Shown here: piece by piece, positions 51,750 to 64,000 of the stretch
How the letters are laid out: every line of letters begins with the position of its first letter
How positions within the stretch are numbered: position 1 is the first letter of the stretch
From: Octopus sinensis
Taxonomy: Eukaryota
Direction: 5' to 3'
NCBI RefSeq assembly: GCF_006345805.1
Contig: NC_043000.1
Location: 154,442,001 to 154,506,000 of the forward strand
DNA: 64,000 nucleotides
Notes under the pieces: model-generated
What the model was told of the DNA's origin: nothing
The model's database searches: none
The model's input: only the letters and a program-made list of their open reading frames with translations
Position numbers and translations under genes: made by a program

Positions 51750-52348
51750 AGTGGTGAGCTGGCAGGAATGTTAGCACGCCGGACGTAATGCTTAGCGGTA
51801 TTTCGACTGTCTTTACGTTCTGAGTTCAAATTCCGCCGAGGTCGACTTTGCCTTTCATCCTTTCGGGGTCGATAAATTAAGTACCAGTTACGCACTGGGG
51901 TCGATATAATCGACTTAATCCGCCTGTATGTCCTTGTTTGTCTCCTCTGTGTTTAACCCCTTGTGGGTAGTAAAGAAATAGGTATTTCGTCTGCCATTAC
52001 GTTCTGAGTTCAAATTCCGCCGAGGTCGACTTTCCCTTTCATTCTTTCGGGGTCGATAAATTAAGTACCAGTTACGCACTGGGGTCGATATAATCGACTT
52101 AATCCGTCTGTCTGTCCTTGTTTTTCTCCTCTGTATTTAACCCCTTGTGGGTAGTAAAGAAATAGATATTTCGTCTGCCATTACGTTCTGAGTTCAAATT
52201 CCGCCGAGGTCGACTTTACCTTTCATCCTTTCGGGGTCGATAAATTAAGTACCAGTTACGCACTGGGGTCGATATAATCAACTTAATCCGTGTTTATGTC
52301 CTTGTTTGTCTCCTCTGTGTTTAGCCCCTTGTGGATAGTAAAGAAATA
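51750..52348 (+). mobile_element. SINE family A (A1) tandem trimer in a single insertion
   Basis: One head plus three 184-bp bodies (starting 51797, 51981, 52165). 17-bp TSD GGTATTTAGTTATGTCC at 51733-51749 and 52349-52365. Confidence 0.95.
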
Positions 52349-53008
52349 GGTATTTAGTTATGTCCCTTCTATTTCCGAGCTCTGTTCCCACGCAGCCTTT
52401 CATCCCGTCGGTGAAATAAGCTATTGTAATATATCTGATGACTATGCAACCGACTGTACTTCTGCCTTTGAAATTTGTGGTGCAGTGTCAATGACGGGAA
52501 CACTTGTTAAAATTATGTTTCCAATTCACTGTCGTTTCTTGATTTAAATTCATGCAAATCATTGGTTTGGTGTTTTTCTTTTCGTTTTTTGCTTTCCTTT
52601 CGTTCCTTTTTGTGTGTTTTGCTTTGACATCATACATCATCTGAAATGTCAAGTGAAATGTGATTACAGCCTTAACTAATGACCGATATGCATACGCGAC
52701 TGTGTGTGCATGTAAATGAAAGAAACATCAGTGATGCTTTATCTCCACGCAGACACTGCAGGAATTACTTAGAGATATTACGAGCTCTTCTCCTGTCGGT
52801 GGCTAAACCCATCACACTGTTAGAAAGCCTTCCGTGTCCTCAGCAGGTATCTCAGAGTCACAAGCCTTTTGCCACTTCACCTAAGTTGGACAGCAAGAAC
52901 AGAATTAACCTTCGCCCGCAGGAGGAGTTCCAGCTGCGGCCTGTAGTTAACCACAACAACCTTGAACTGTTCTACCATGGCTGTATATATGTATGTGTGT
53001 GTATACAC

Positions 53009-53596
53009 ACTAGCTGAATAGCCCGTCGTTGCCAGGCAATTTTTACAATAGAATGTCTCATATAGATTTTTGGATGAGGTATCAAAAGATTCAGTAATCT
53101 TTCGGCTACCAAATAAAGTTGTTTTTTTTTCTTGCACAACTCTTTTTTACTACAAAAATAGCCTCAAAACGAGGTCGGGTCGCTCATTTTTGAGGTCTTT
53201 AGCTAAGGGAGGCAACTCTGATTGAACAATGAGACATAGTGGGACACAATACTCGATTTAACAACAAATGTAAACACACATATATTAGGTGTAAGAATGA
53301 CTGTGTGGTTGAGAAGTTTGCTTCTCAGCCACATGGTCCCACGTTCATTCCCTCTGCACGGTACCTCGGGCAAGTGTTTTCTACTGTAGCCCTAGGCCAA
53401 CTACTGAATTGTGACTGAATTTGGTAGATAGAAACTGCAGCATTGTTAATCAGAAAATTACCGAAAAACATGTTTATAAAGAAGAGTTGATTGCCTCATA
53501 CTCCTCGTGTGACGATTCTGCCCATAAGAAAGGAACATATAATACAATGTGGCTGTAGGTCATAACACCTGGGTAACGCCGGCGTGCATTGCTAGT
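53009..53596. mobile_element. Two Helitron-like 3' termini in divergent orientation
   Basis: Minus strand: GCCTGGCAACGACGGGC-TATTCAG-CTAGT ending at 53009. Plus strand: CCTGGGTAACGCCGG...CTAGT ending at 53596. A SINE C head lies between them. Confidence 0.45.
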
Positions 53597-54262
53597 ATAG
53601 CATAAAACAAAGAGGGATTTATGAGGGATTAGTAATCCAGGCGGAATACTTCATAAGTTTGCCGCAGATAAAGATGCACCAGGCCAAGAAATAAGTCCTG
53701 TGATTGATGTTGGAATCCCGGTAATCCGAACTCAAGATCTTTCATAGGTCAAATTTGTAAACCCGCGGCCCAGTCTCCAAGTTAAATTGGTGTATTACTA
53801 CAGAATTGTACAGAAAATATACACAAATGATGAATTTTATACATTTATTGAAGGCTTACAAATGTTTCAGATATGCGTTGGAGGGATTTAGTTCCATAGC
53901 TAAATCTTATTAATCGATCAATCCTAAGTCAATCGTCTGAAACAGCAGAGAACAATTGCTTCCTGCTATTTTCTTCAGAGTCACAATGAACTGATTGCCA
54001 AAAGAAAGGAATTTGAATAAGAAGGTATTATTTGAAAGGTAGGTCATCTACGTTAAGCAAGTGGTTGACCAGCACTACACAGGCAAAACAGGAAAGAGTT
54101 AATTTGTAGTAACAGCAAGAATCAAAGGGTAGTAGAACTGATCGTGAAAAGGAATGAAATCTATCACTTTACCTCGTATAGGGCGTCTGCAAATAGCCAG
54201 AGAATTATATTGAAGTTTACTACCAGATTTTGAAAAGTTAGTAGAGAGGAAGTAGTTATACA

Positions 54263-54360
<98 letters not shown>

Positions 54361-54774
54361 ATAACAAATTGTAGACTCGCCAATTATTCAAACAGAAAGA
54401 AACCAATAACTACTCGCTGTAAATGAAGATAATCTATTTACAGTAAAGAGTAAATAATAAAATTTGGTCAAACTAATAACCGGGGATCATAGAGAAACAA
54501 TTATCGATATAATACAGTAGCTGGAAAAAATCTAGAAAGATATGGCTTAGAAGAAGTTGGTAGAAGAAATTAATACAAACAATAATAACAGATAAAATGA
54601 TAGTGATAGTAAACAAGGAATTCTAATGAAATGTTTGCTTAAAAATAGAATACCTAGAAAGAAGCTGAGGAACCTTCAATAAGTTGAACAAATTAAATAA
54701 TTAAATATGCTACAAGCACTAAAGAATTGGATCGGGAATGTATACGTGAGTTACCATATCCTGGTGTTCTGATT

Positions 54775-55640
54775 AATTACCCTGCACGCGTTAGTGAAAG
54801 CAGGGCATTGTAATCACTCGTCTTTGTTTTTCTGTGTGTTTGCAAAATTTCTAGAAAACGGCTGAACGGATTTTCACCACATTTAGCAGAAATACTCATT
54901 GGGTAAGTGGCTCAAAATGATGAACATTTGGTTTGATTATCTTAAAAAAAAAAGCAAAAAACAATCGAAGTTAGAAGTTTCCCGACAAGCAAGTGGTCAG
55001 ATTTTGTTCACATTCTTTTTCATATGAATCGACCCTCGTCCGCGTGTGTATAGATCATGTTGTACCTATGCGCGTAGATAGTGTGGGTACATACATACAT
55101 ACATACATACATACATACATACATACATACATACATACATACATAGATATGCAACACTGTGTGTGTGTGTATGCGTGTGTGTGTACAGTGATGGATTCAA
55201 GGGTTTCCTTTATTTACGACTTGATTTCTTAATTTTACCGGAGTATAGACACCTATAATGGTGATACTTAGAAAAAAATAATCGAACTTACAAATTTCCC
55301 GATAAGCAAGTGGTCATACTATTTTGTTCATTCTCTTTTTCATATGAATCAGCCCTCGTCTGCCTGTGTATAGATCATGGTCTACCTACGCGCGTAGAGA
55401 CGTGTGGGTACATACATACAAACATACATAGATATGCTATTCTGTGTGTGTGTGTGTATGTGTGTACAGTGATGTATTCGAGGGTTTCGTTTGTTTACGT
55501 GTTGATTTTTTAATTTCACCGGAGCATAAATATCTATAATGGTGATACTTAAAAAAAAATAATAATTCAGTTCAATTAAAAAGCATGAGTAAGCAACACA
55601 TAATTTGTGAAAAAATTATCTGCACGCAAAGTATACCTCA
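54775..55640 (+). mobile_element. Helentron/HINE-like non-autonomous element with an internal ~310-bp tandem duplication
   Basis: Start ATTACCTGCACGCG...CTAGAAAACGGCTGAACGGATTTTCACC resembles HINE cores (from memory). Two diverged units ~54945-55270 and ~55271-55560, each with TACA and TG microsatellites. Confidence 0.5.
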
Positions 55641-55968
55641 CCCCTCCGATGCCTTTTTATTTTTCACTTTTAAAGGAATGATTTGAAGGTTTTGTTTTAA
55701 AAATCCTTTCATCTTAACATCAGTTCATGTCTCTTATTCACAATATTAGACTCTGACAAGGATAAGAAGTGATTCTTCGAGGTAAAGTTCACGTTTAGCC
55801 TTTCCTACAAACAAGACTAATAAAATACATTAAGCATTAGATTTCTATATATTTTTCTACATTTTAATCTATAAGTCATAGTCGAAAAAATCCCATGTGA
55901 AGTGCACCAGTGCAGCATCGCAGATAAATAAATAAATAAAATCAAGAATTACCGGGTTAAGCTATTAC

Positions 55969-56150
55969 CGTCCTTTTTATGGTGAACTTTTTCATCACTT
56001 CAACGAATGACCTGCCGGCGCCGGCCCGTTCACATGGCACTCGGCCGACGGTGCTTGCACGCTTTGCGAGCTCCATGACATTTCTCTCTTCCTTCCTACC
56101 TCGCCGTTGGCTTTGGCAGTCGCGCGCTTTGTTCCGCTGTCGACGCCTTC
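55969..56150 (-). other. CpG-dense segment; candidate first coding exon (unverified)
   Basis: ATG at 56076 reads MELAKRASTVGRVPCERAGAGRSFVEVMKKFTIKRT up to a possible donor ACG|GTAATA at 55969. No homology recognised. Confidence 0.25.
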
Positions 56151-56577
56151 TAATAACTGCAAAGTTTTCTTAGTTCAAATAAATAAGAAATGCTGCTTGT
56201 GTCTTAGTTTGCCGAATAACCTGCACAATGAATATTATTATAGTGAGTATGGTTTGTATCGAGCCAGTCCCGCTCTCTTCGTCTTTTAACTTGTATTGGT
56301 CTGGAGTAACAAGTGTCATGAATTCAGTAGTTATCAGGATGTTGAAGGGCAGAAGGGTTTCATCTGCCCTAAATCCGTTGAGGGTGTCTGTGAGTGACTT
56401 TCTTCAGTAAGCAATTCTGCGGCATGCTAATTAACTTATAGCTGGCATCCTAACAAATGTTACTACTCCGGGTCAGCATAGACTAAGAGATGGTTCCACG
56501 CCCTTCAGATTACTGGAACTTCCGAACCAGAGCCCCAATACTGGATGCAGTTTAAAGTCCTAGGACGAAATCATACC

Positions 56578-56797
56578 TATTTCTTTACTACCCACAAGGG
56601 GCTAAACACAGTAGGGACAAACGGATTAAGTCGATTATATCGACCCCAGTTCGTAACTGGTACTTATTTAATCGACCCCGAAAGGATGAAAGGCAAAGTC
56701 GACCTCGGCGGAATTTGAACTCAGAACGTAGCGGCAGACGAAATACCGCTAAGCATTTCGCCCGGCGTGCTAACGATTCTACCAGCTCGCCGCCTTA
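56578..56797 (-). mobile_element. SINE family A (tail A1), full length
   Basis: 17-bp TSD TAGGACGAAATCATACC at 56561-56577 and 56798-56814. Confidence 0.95.
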
Positions 56798-57166
56798 TAG
56801 GACGAAATCATACCGTCCTGTTGAAGGGCTGAAGGGTTTCATCTGTCCTAGATCCGTTGGGGGTGACGAAATTATACCATCCTTCCTAAATGCAATGTAT
56901 TCTGTATTTTGGGAGTATCATATCTTGCAGTGTGGCTCAGGGATATTTATTAAAACTTTTTGGCACAAGACCAGCAATTTCGAGGGGAAGGGGTAAGTCG
57001 ATTACATCGAACCCCAGTGTTCAACAGGTATTTATTTTATGGACCTCGAAAGGGTGAGAAGCAGAATTCGAACTCAGAACGTGAAGATGGACGAAATACC
57101 GCTAAGCATTTTGCCTGAGGTTCTAACGATTGTCAGCTCGCCGCCTTAGTGGCTCTGTAATATTAA

Positions 57167-57236
57167 CACCAATATATTACACAAACGTACACGGTCGCAA
57201 AGGGCAACCGTGTGCATTCGTGTAAATACATTAGTG
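57167..57236 (-). other. 70-nt imperfect hairpin
   Basis: On the minus strand: 26 Watson-Crick pairs, 5 G.U, 1 mismatch, 1 bulge and a 5-nt loop. Confidence 0.7.
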
Positions 57237-57799
57237 ACGTATCGGATACCTAACTATTAAATGTGTCTTTTAAATGTAAGTAATTTCTGCTACTTCATGA
57301 AAAATTAGTCCTCGACATTTCTTTCCAACCTATGATATTTTCTATCTCTCTTCCAGAATTGCGAAGGCGTATCTCTCGAAACGTGTTGTGATACGGCAAC
57401 AACAAGATAAGCAACACTTGTTTATGTTGACATCGTTTTTTGATTTACGGAATACTTTCTAGTATTTAGGCAAGGTATTTCTCTAAAAGATTTTTATTAA
57501 GATAAATCTGTCAAGATGTTCTATGGTCGCATGGAATATATTTACACTCTAAGTGCGTATTGACGAAATAAGAGAGCATCATCTTAATCACTTGATTCGT
57601 TATCATCCGATAAGATCACCCTCTCTTATTTCTTTGAATTCCTGTTCTACGTATTTGTTTTGATTATCAGCTGGAGTATACAAAGCTTAAATCCTGTCTA
57701 GATAAATATTAATACTTTATAGCCTGGTTTCTTTCTGAACTATTCTGCTGTCGCTAGTATATATATATATACGTACATATACATATAAAGTTAATCCAA

Positions 57800-57989
57800 A
57801 CATGAAAGCACAAAAAAATACAACAACGCGAGGACGTGGAACAAATATAGTATTATTGGACGCTCAGGAAAGAAGGAAAGAAGGAGGGTTTAACGTTTCG
57901 AGTGGAGCTCTTCGTCGGAAACATAGGAGAAGGAAAGATCCAGAGAAGGGAAGACAGAGGAAAAAAAATCGCCAACGGTACACACTAGG

Positions 57990-57990
<1 letters not shown>
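57800..57990 (-). mobile_element. PLE-derived fragment with minimal hammerhead motif
   Basis: 57888-57922 minus: GUUU-CCGACGAA-GAG CUCCA CUC-GAAACGUU-AAAC. Sits in TA/CA microsatellite context. Confidence 0.6.
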
Positions 57991-58080
<90 letters not shown>

Positions 58081-58707
58081 TGTATGTATGTATGTAGTAT
58101 GTATGTATGTTTGTGTGTATGTGTGTGTGTGTGTGTGAGCGTGAGTGTGTGAATGAGACATGAGCGTCTAAGCACACAATCACACAGGAAAGGAAACAGT
58201 GGTTGAAAATGGTAAATTAAAGTATAGACGTTGAAACAATTGACAAGCAAAAACACAATTGCATTCAAATTAGTATTGTTGGCCAGTACTTATATAATTT
58301 GCCATGATTTAGACTGAGAAGACACTAAAACCAGAAGATTACAGGATGTTCTCGTCATTCCAACACCCATACAGATGTGTTTAACGAGAGGGTGGTACAA
58401 CCAATCCAGAATCAGCTTCTCTCAATTGACTCCAAAACAAAGGGCGTTGTCGGCCATGAAAATGAGCTGCCATTTCCCCACTTCTTTACACTTACATAAT
58501 CATGAATATAATTTTCTGAATTAATTTTGTCACACCATTTTTAAACGACTTACAGTCTCATGTACATCAATAAAATACACATACGTTGCAGAACGCGCGC
58601 ACGCAAGCACTCACAGATACACAGACACACACGCACAAACAACCACACTTACACACGGACACATACGCACACACACTGGTTTCAAAAGCGTGGCATATGT
58701 GTATGTT

Positions 58708-58788
<81 letters not shown>

Positions 58789-61700
58789 TTGGGAAGTACA
58801 AAATCTTCTTATACATTTATTGATTAAACACCAGATATACGAAAACAAGGGTGGATCAAAAATTTTAATTGAATTGCACTCAGCAAAACAGAATTTATAA
58901 GTTCGTCATACTTCCCAAATAAGGTATTTGATGTATTCAATGTAGACTATATAGTAGAAAATGTTTCTGAAATTTGCTCCGATTCTGATATTCTTCATGA
59001 TGTTATAAAATTTGGTGTAAGTGACAGATGCATCTAGCTTTGTGGGGTGGAATTATGAAATTTCGCTCGAATGATATATTTACCTATTATCAATTTATTT
59101 ATTTTATTTGCTTTTTGCCTTCAAGTTCAGCTAGAATACTCTTTCAGTAAAGGTAGATTATCTTCAATATAAACAAATAAAATGATAAAGAAAAAAAAAA
59201 AAAAAGACCCATGTTTATACTGGACATTAATCTTGGGCGGTAGACGTAATTTGTCGCTGACACCTAGGGTGCTTTTAGCGGAGTCCATTCTCTCACAAGC
59301 ATTTGGAGTAGGCCTCCAGTTTGAGAATATCTTCCTAGATACTAGTCTTGGAAATCCTACAAAGGATCATGGCCACTGCCTTTCCTCCTGACTAGAATGA
59401 AAAAAAGAATGAAAAAAAATTGTCTCACCAGTTACGTGGGTGGCATAGAAAACTATAAAACACTTTGCCTTCGGCTTTTTATTCAGACCGAAAGAAAACT
59501 TCAACAATTAGCTTGAATTTAAAACTTGATCGCTAGTCATGTCTACTTAAGGATGTATAATGTATCAACCAATTAGCAAAATTCCCAACATTCTCAATAT
59601 CCTGTTCATCTATTGCTGGTAACATCAACGTTGCAGTATAGCAGAGACGCAAGGTACATTTGGAAATGTGTTTTAGTGGTAGATTTTTTTGTATGGTGTC
59701 ACGATGGCGACATGTACTTGTTTATCTATCTGGAAAATGCTCTTACAACTAGTGTCATTTCTATCTGAAAATACTTGCCCGTTTCTAAATATGAATAGAT
59801 TGACAAGTGCATTCACAGACTCTGTGTGTGTGTGTGTGTGTGTGCACAAGCTAATGAGACATTTAGTGGTTGCTCGACCTTCTAGAAATAGCAGCCGAAT
59901 TTCTCTCGAAATACACTCTATCTTTCAATTCGATAATGTATTCGTAAATATTCTATGGTCATCGGTAGAACATCTTTTATCATTGGTCTGTTAGCTTCGA
60001 GCTAATCTGGGCAATAATTTGGTTTGTGGTGGGAGGGATGGTGTTACTAGCGACCAAAATAATAGGCTTTTTCTAGCGAAACGATTTCAGTTCAGAACTT
60101 TTAGCTCACGACACAGAATTAAAAAATGGCGCGAGAACTTAGAGTTCTCTTTAACTAAATACAAACACTCTGCAGTTTTAGAAGAGTTATGGGATGTTGG
60201 TAGTTTGACTGGAAATATTACTGTAGCTTGAGATGGAGCCGTGTACCTCCAATTAAGTTTTTATTAGTAAAGTTAGTTTCCGAACCTTTTAAAAATATCT
60301 TGCTAAAGAAAGGTGTCTGACCACCATAACTTAGTTTCTCATCAGATTTTAATCTTCATGTGTATTTTGCCCATCCGAGAATACATCTGGATAGAATGCC
60401 TGCATTTCCCAAGTAAGTTTATCAAACTGTCCTTTCTGTAAACTACTTCGGAAACGCACCTTTTCCCTAAAATTGTTGAATTGTCACACAGAGACTAACC
60501 TGTGGTACCATGTAAAATGGTAGCAGACGATAAAAAGTTTCCGAGTATGAAGTATTTTGTTTAATGTCTTAATCAGTCGAAATAGAAGAGACGGGTAATG
60601 GACACAGTGATCGGTGAACGTGTGGCTGTAGCGCTTTAAGCTTTGAAGGTTTGCAGGTCAAGCTTTGTAGGCGCTTCAAAACTAAAGAAATTGAAGCGGT
60701 TGTGTTCTTGGACATCTGCAAGTCGTCCGTCTGCAGGGAATACGTTCGAAGTCTAATTCAATATCTCTTCGGTTAATTTTCTTCTGCATTTTATGAAAGA
60801 GAATATAGATTATTTCTCCAAAAGGACAGACATTATAGTTTAAAACACAGAAATATAAGAAATTGGGACATTCAGGCTTTTTTCAAACAAAGCGAATGAA
60901 ATGAAAAAGTTTTCGTACAGGAACTGAAATTGTGTTGCCGGTTCAAATCAGCGGGAACTCATTTCTTGTTTCATGTCGCTTACCAAATACTATCAATATT
61001 AATTCCTTTCATGTCAGAGCCACTTCAGACTTTGGTAAGAGTTTCCTCGAGCTTCATTCTAACTAGGCGTAGATGGAAATATTTCGGTAGATGGCAGAAT
61101 CTGTAGAACGGCAGACAAAATGCCTTCCGATATCTAGTTATGTTCTTTTACATTCCTATTTCAAATCTGGCCGGAGCTGATCTTGCCTTTGATCTTTTGG
61201 GAATCAATAAAAATGTGCCAGTGAAGAGTTAAGATCAATGTATTCAACTGTGTCTTCCCTCAGAAATTATAGTCATATTACTAATTTAGAAATCTATATT
61301 AATTTCTCTTTCTTTTATATAAAGTAAATTTTATATGGAAAGTAGAGTATGGTCCTATGATACGATTCCAGATTCTCATTAGTATTGTTTATAGAACATG
61401 GGAATTGAGGATGGCAAACAGCAAAAAATGAATCGGGTGGTTTGTTCTTGAGTGTGAAGGCGGTGTAAGCAAATACTGTAGTTAATTAATCGTTTCATTG
61501 AAACCATAATTTCCATCCGCATCTTTTAAATAGCGAACAGGAAGGGAAATTATTTACTTTACTGTTTAGTAGGAATTTATAATGGCGTAAAAGTGAGACC
61601 GAATTTCTGAACCGTAACCTAAAATTGTTACTAGTCAAAGTTGTAAAATTCTCAGATTATTTATTAGTCTGTCTCAAAAATAACAGTACCATAAACTCTT

Positions 61701-62371
61701 TGTAGCTACTCTGGATGAGAAAAGGGAATAGTAATTAGAATGATGTCATTTATTTTTAGTTTTAGAAGGAAAGATGAAGATGAGGAATGAATTCCAAAAG
61801 TTTGAAGTTTGGTGGGAGAAGAAAAAGAATTTAGAAAACTATTGAATATTCGGTCTGGTTTGGGGTTAGAAAAGTAAGGAATGAAAAGAACGAGGAAAGC
61901 ATTATAATATGAATGGTCGATATAGTGTTGATAAATTCACACGAGCAGAAACCGTAGTTGTGGAAACAGAAGAGATAGATAACGGACACAGTGATCGGTG
62001 AACGTGTGGCTGTAGCGCTTTAAGGTTTGAAGGATTGCAGGATTAACAAGTGGATTAACATTTTAAATGAAGTCTTCCTAGTACTAAGTGACACTTTAAC
62101 GATTGGCCTTATACCTAATTAAAAAAGAAAAAAAGTCTTTATTACCAAGCCTAGGAAGAGTTTGACTTATAAGTCATTTAGTATGTGGCAATCGATGAAG
62201 AGTATAAAGTAACTCCCTGAAAAATATAATGCCTGACCCAAGATTTGATTTTAGGTTATAAAGCTTTTCGCTTTTCTTAAGCTATTAATATTCTTGAGAG
62301 AAACATTCGCACCACATAATCACTTATATTTTCTCTAATGAATTAGAAGCTTTCTCCTTTTTTAATCATTA

Positions 62372-62584
62372 CAGCGATCCCTCGCTATATCGCTGTTCAC
62401 TTATCGCGGTCTATTATTTAAGCTTACGTCGATTCCTCCGTGGTGTTGTTTTACATTTATAATAAAATAAATATATACAAATTATAAAAATAAAAAAAAA
62501 ATACAGTACTGTTTTTCTTTTGCGGATTTTCACCTATCGCGGGAGGTTTGGAACGTAGCACCCGCGATAGTCGAGGGATTACTG
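62372..62584. mobile_element. pogo/Tigger-like MITE
   Basis: TIRs CAGCGATCCCTCG / CGAGGGATTACTG. TA TSD. Confidence 0.88.
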
Positions 62585-63243
62585 TACTTTACTGTACCCA
62601 GATGACTGCTGAAGTATTTAAAATAGAAAAAAAAATTAATTACAGTATTTGTTTGTCATTAGAAAAGTGCCGTACACCTGAGTAAAGCACTTTTTAATCT
62701 ATGTTTTTGTGTGTGTGCATGTGTACTTATCTATGTGTAAGTGTGTGTTGCATCAGGTGCTTATCTTGGCGTGTATTCATCTAGATCAGGTTGTAATCTT
62801 TCTAGATATACTCGCATACACCATCTGGTCTGGTCTATGTCGCACTTTTCATGTCTTTTCATTCAGAGCAGTTTACTAATCCTCTCGTGTACTTGGATGC
62901 ACATGCATATGCTTATGTATGCATGTATAACATCTCCATGTGTGGGTGGTAGCTATCGATTCATCAAGTTCGCACGTTTATACCATCTGTTTATTTCAAC
63001 AGGAGTTCATGGAATATTCATTAACCTGCGTTGGCAAACGCGTGTGCTGGTACTTGCTAGGTCGACTTGTTAGGAACCTCAGCCATATCCCCCCCCTCCT
63101 CGCTCTCTGCCCTTCTAAATAAAGGAACAATGTACTCCCCGATATTCAAACAGACTGAATATTTAAAGCGGGAACGTTTTTAATCATATGTATACTCAAT
63201 CGGAGTTGACCTGGGGCTAAACAACTGATGAAAACCAAGTCTC

Positions 63244-63453
63244 TTGTTGTTGTTGTTAAGCAACAAAACGGGTAAGTGTGATTAGGTGATGGTCTAGGGC
63301 TTAGGGCTTAGGGGCGAGAGACCCCAGACCTTGGACAAAAAAATCTTTGGTCATCTTGTTGTAGTCGAGGGCTCTTCGTTGACGCCCGACACCACTGGGA
63401 GGTGGCCTTCGAAGTCTCTGGAAATGGAGATCTCCAGGTCCAAATTCTTGAAA
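63244..63453 (-). mobile_element. Second copy of the (CAA)n-tailed element
   Basis: Reverse complement of 12633-12840. Contains CTAGGGCTTAGGGCTTAGGG. Confidence 0.75.
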
Positions 63454-63629
63454 GGCAACTAAGTCGCTGGTGAGCAGCGTACGCAACACATGTTTCGACT
63501 GTCGGTTGTATATCACTAACTGCAGGATGATCCATTCTCCTAACCCTAATGGTTCTGAAGTCGTATACAAGAAATTATTACATTCAATGTAGGGTGATGT
63601 GGACAAAAGTGTATAAATAAACTTTAAAT

Positions 63630-63927
63630 CAGGAGTTCCCAACCGGGGTCCACAGAAGCTTTAAGGGGGTCCAAGAGTTAAAAATTGTAATTTGTGGGTC
63701 CATATATAAATTTTATTTACTAGAAGAGGTAACTTCGTTTATTGAAATTCTCAAGATTTGTATTTGGAATTTCTGTTATGAATATAACGAAAATGTTTCC
63801 TTGTTAGTTTTTACTAACTTACAAATAAATATTTTATTTCAGAAATTTACATGCGCATATATGGGGTCCACAGATGATAAGATAGCTCTCAGGGGGTCCA
63901 CAAGCAAAATAAGGTTGGGAACCCCTG
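63630..63927. mobile_element. hAT (Charlie-like) MITE, 298 bp
   Basis: TIRs CAGGAGTTCCCAACC / GGTTGGGAACCCCTG. Perfect 8-bp TSD CTTTAAAT. Confidence 0.93.
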
Positions 63928-64000
63928 CTTTAAATGAATGAAAGATAAATCTACAATGGGTTAGGGTATTAATAGCCAACAGTAATTATCTTAGCCAAAA

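Noticed and set aside
57361-57385. GCGAAGG...CTCGAAACGTG hammerhead-like string
   Set aside because: There is no CUGANGA-like core and stems I and II do not pair.
60335-60345. CTGATGA on the minus strand
   Set aside because: It is followed directly by GAAAC with no stem II, so it is not a hammerhead.
63295-63315. Interstitial telomere array
   Set aside because: There are only 2-3 imperfect units, inside a dispersed element. Reported under that element instead.

Overview
This is repeat-saturated, AT-rich eukaryotic DNA with no intact protein-coding gene that I can identify. The SINE families and dense CA/TA/TATG/AAT microsatellites look like an octopod cephalopod genome; that is inferred from repeat content only. 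Most predicted ORFs are microsatellite or SINE artefacts. Recognisable content: three abundant tRNA-derived SINE families (called A, B and C here; A and B each have two alternative tails); decayed RTE, CR1-type and R2/R4-type LINE fragments; a decayed mariner; a Helitron Rep fragment; several hAT, pogo and mariner MITEs; and Penelope-like (PLE) remnants carrying hammerhead ribozyme motifs. The most striking structure is a 593-bp insertion at 26811-27403. It has a 13-bp target-site duplication (TSD) and ~200-bp inverted arms, each containing a type I hammerhead; one core is near-canonical and the other is mutated. Other notable items are a 184-bp-period SINE trimer with tail/target microhomology, an ~80-bp TSD around a SINE, a covarying stem-loop shared by SINE and LINE tails, local templated copies around 25-30 kb, and a 70-nt hairpin. 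All assignments were made by eye, without database searches.
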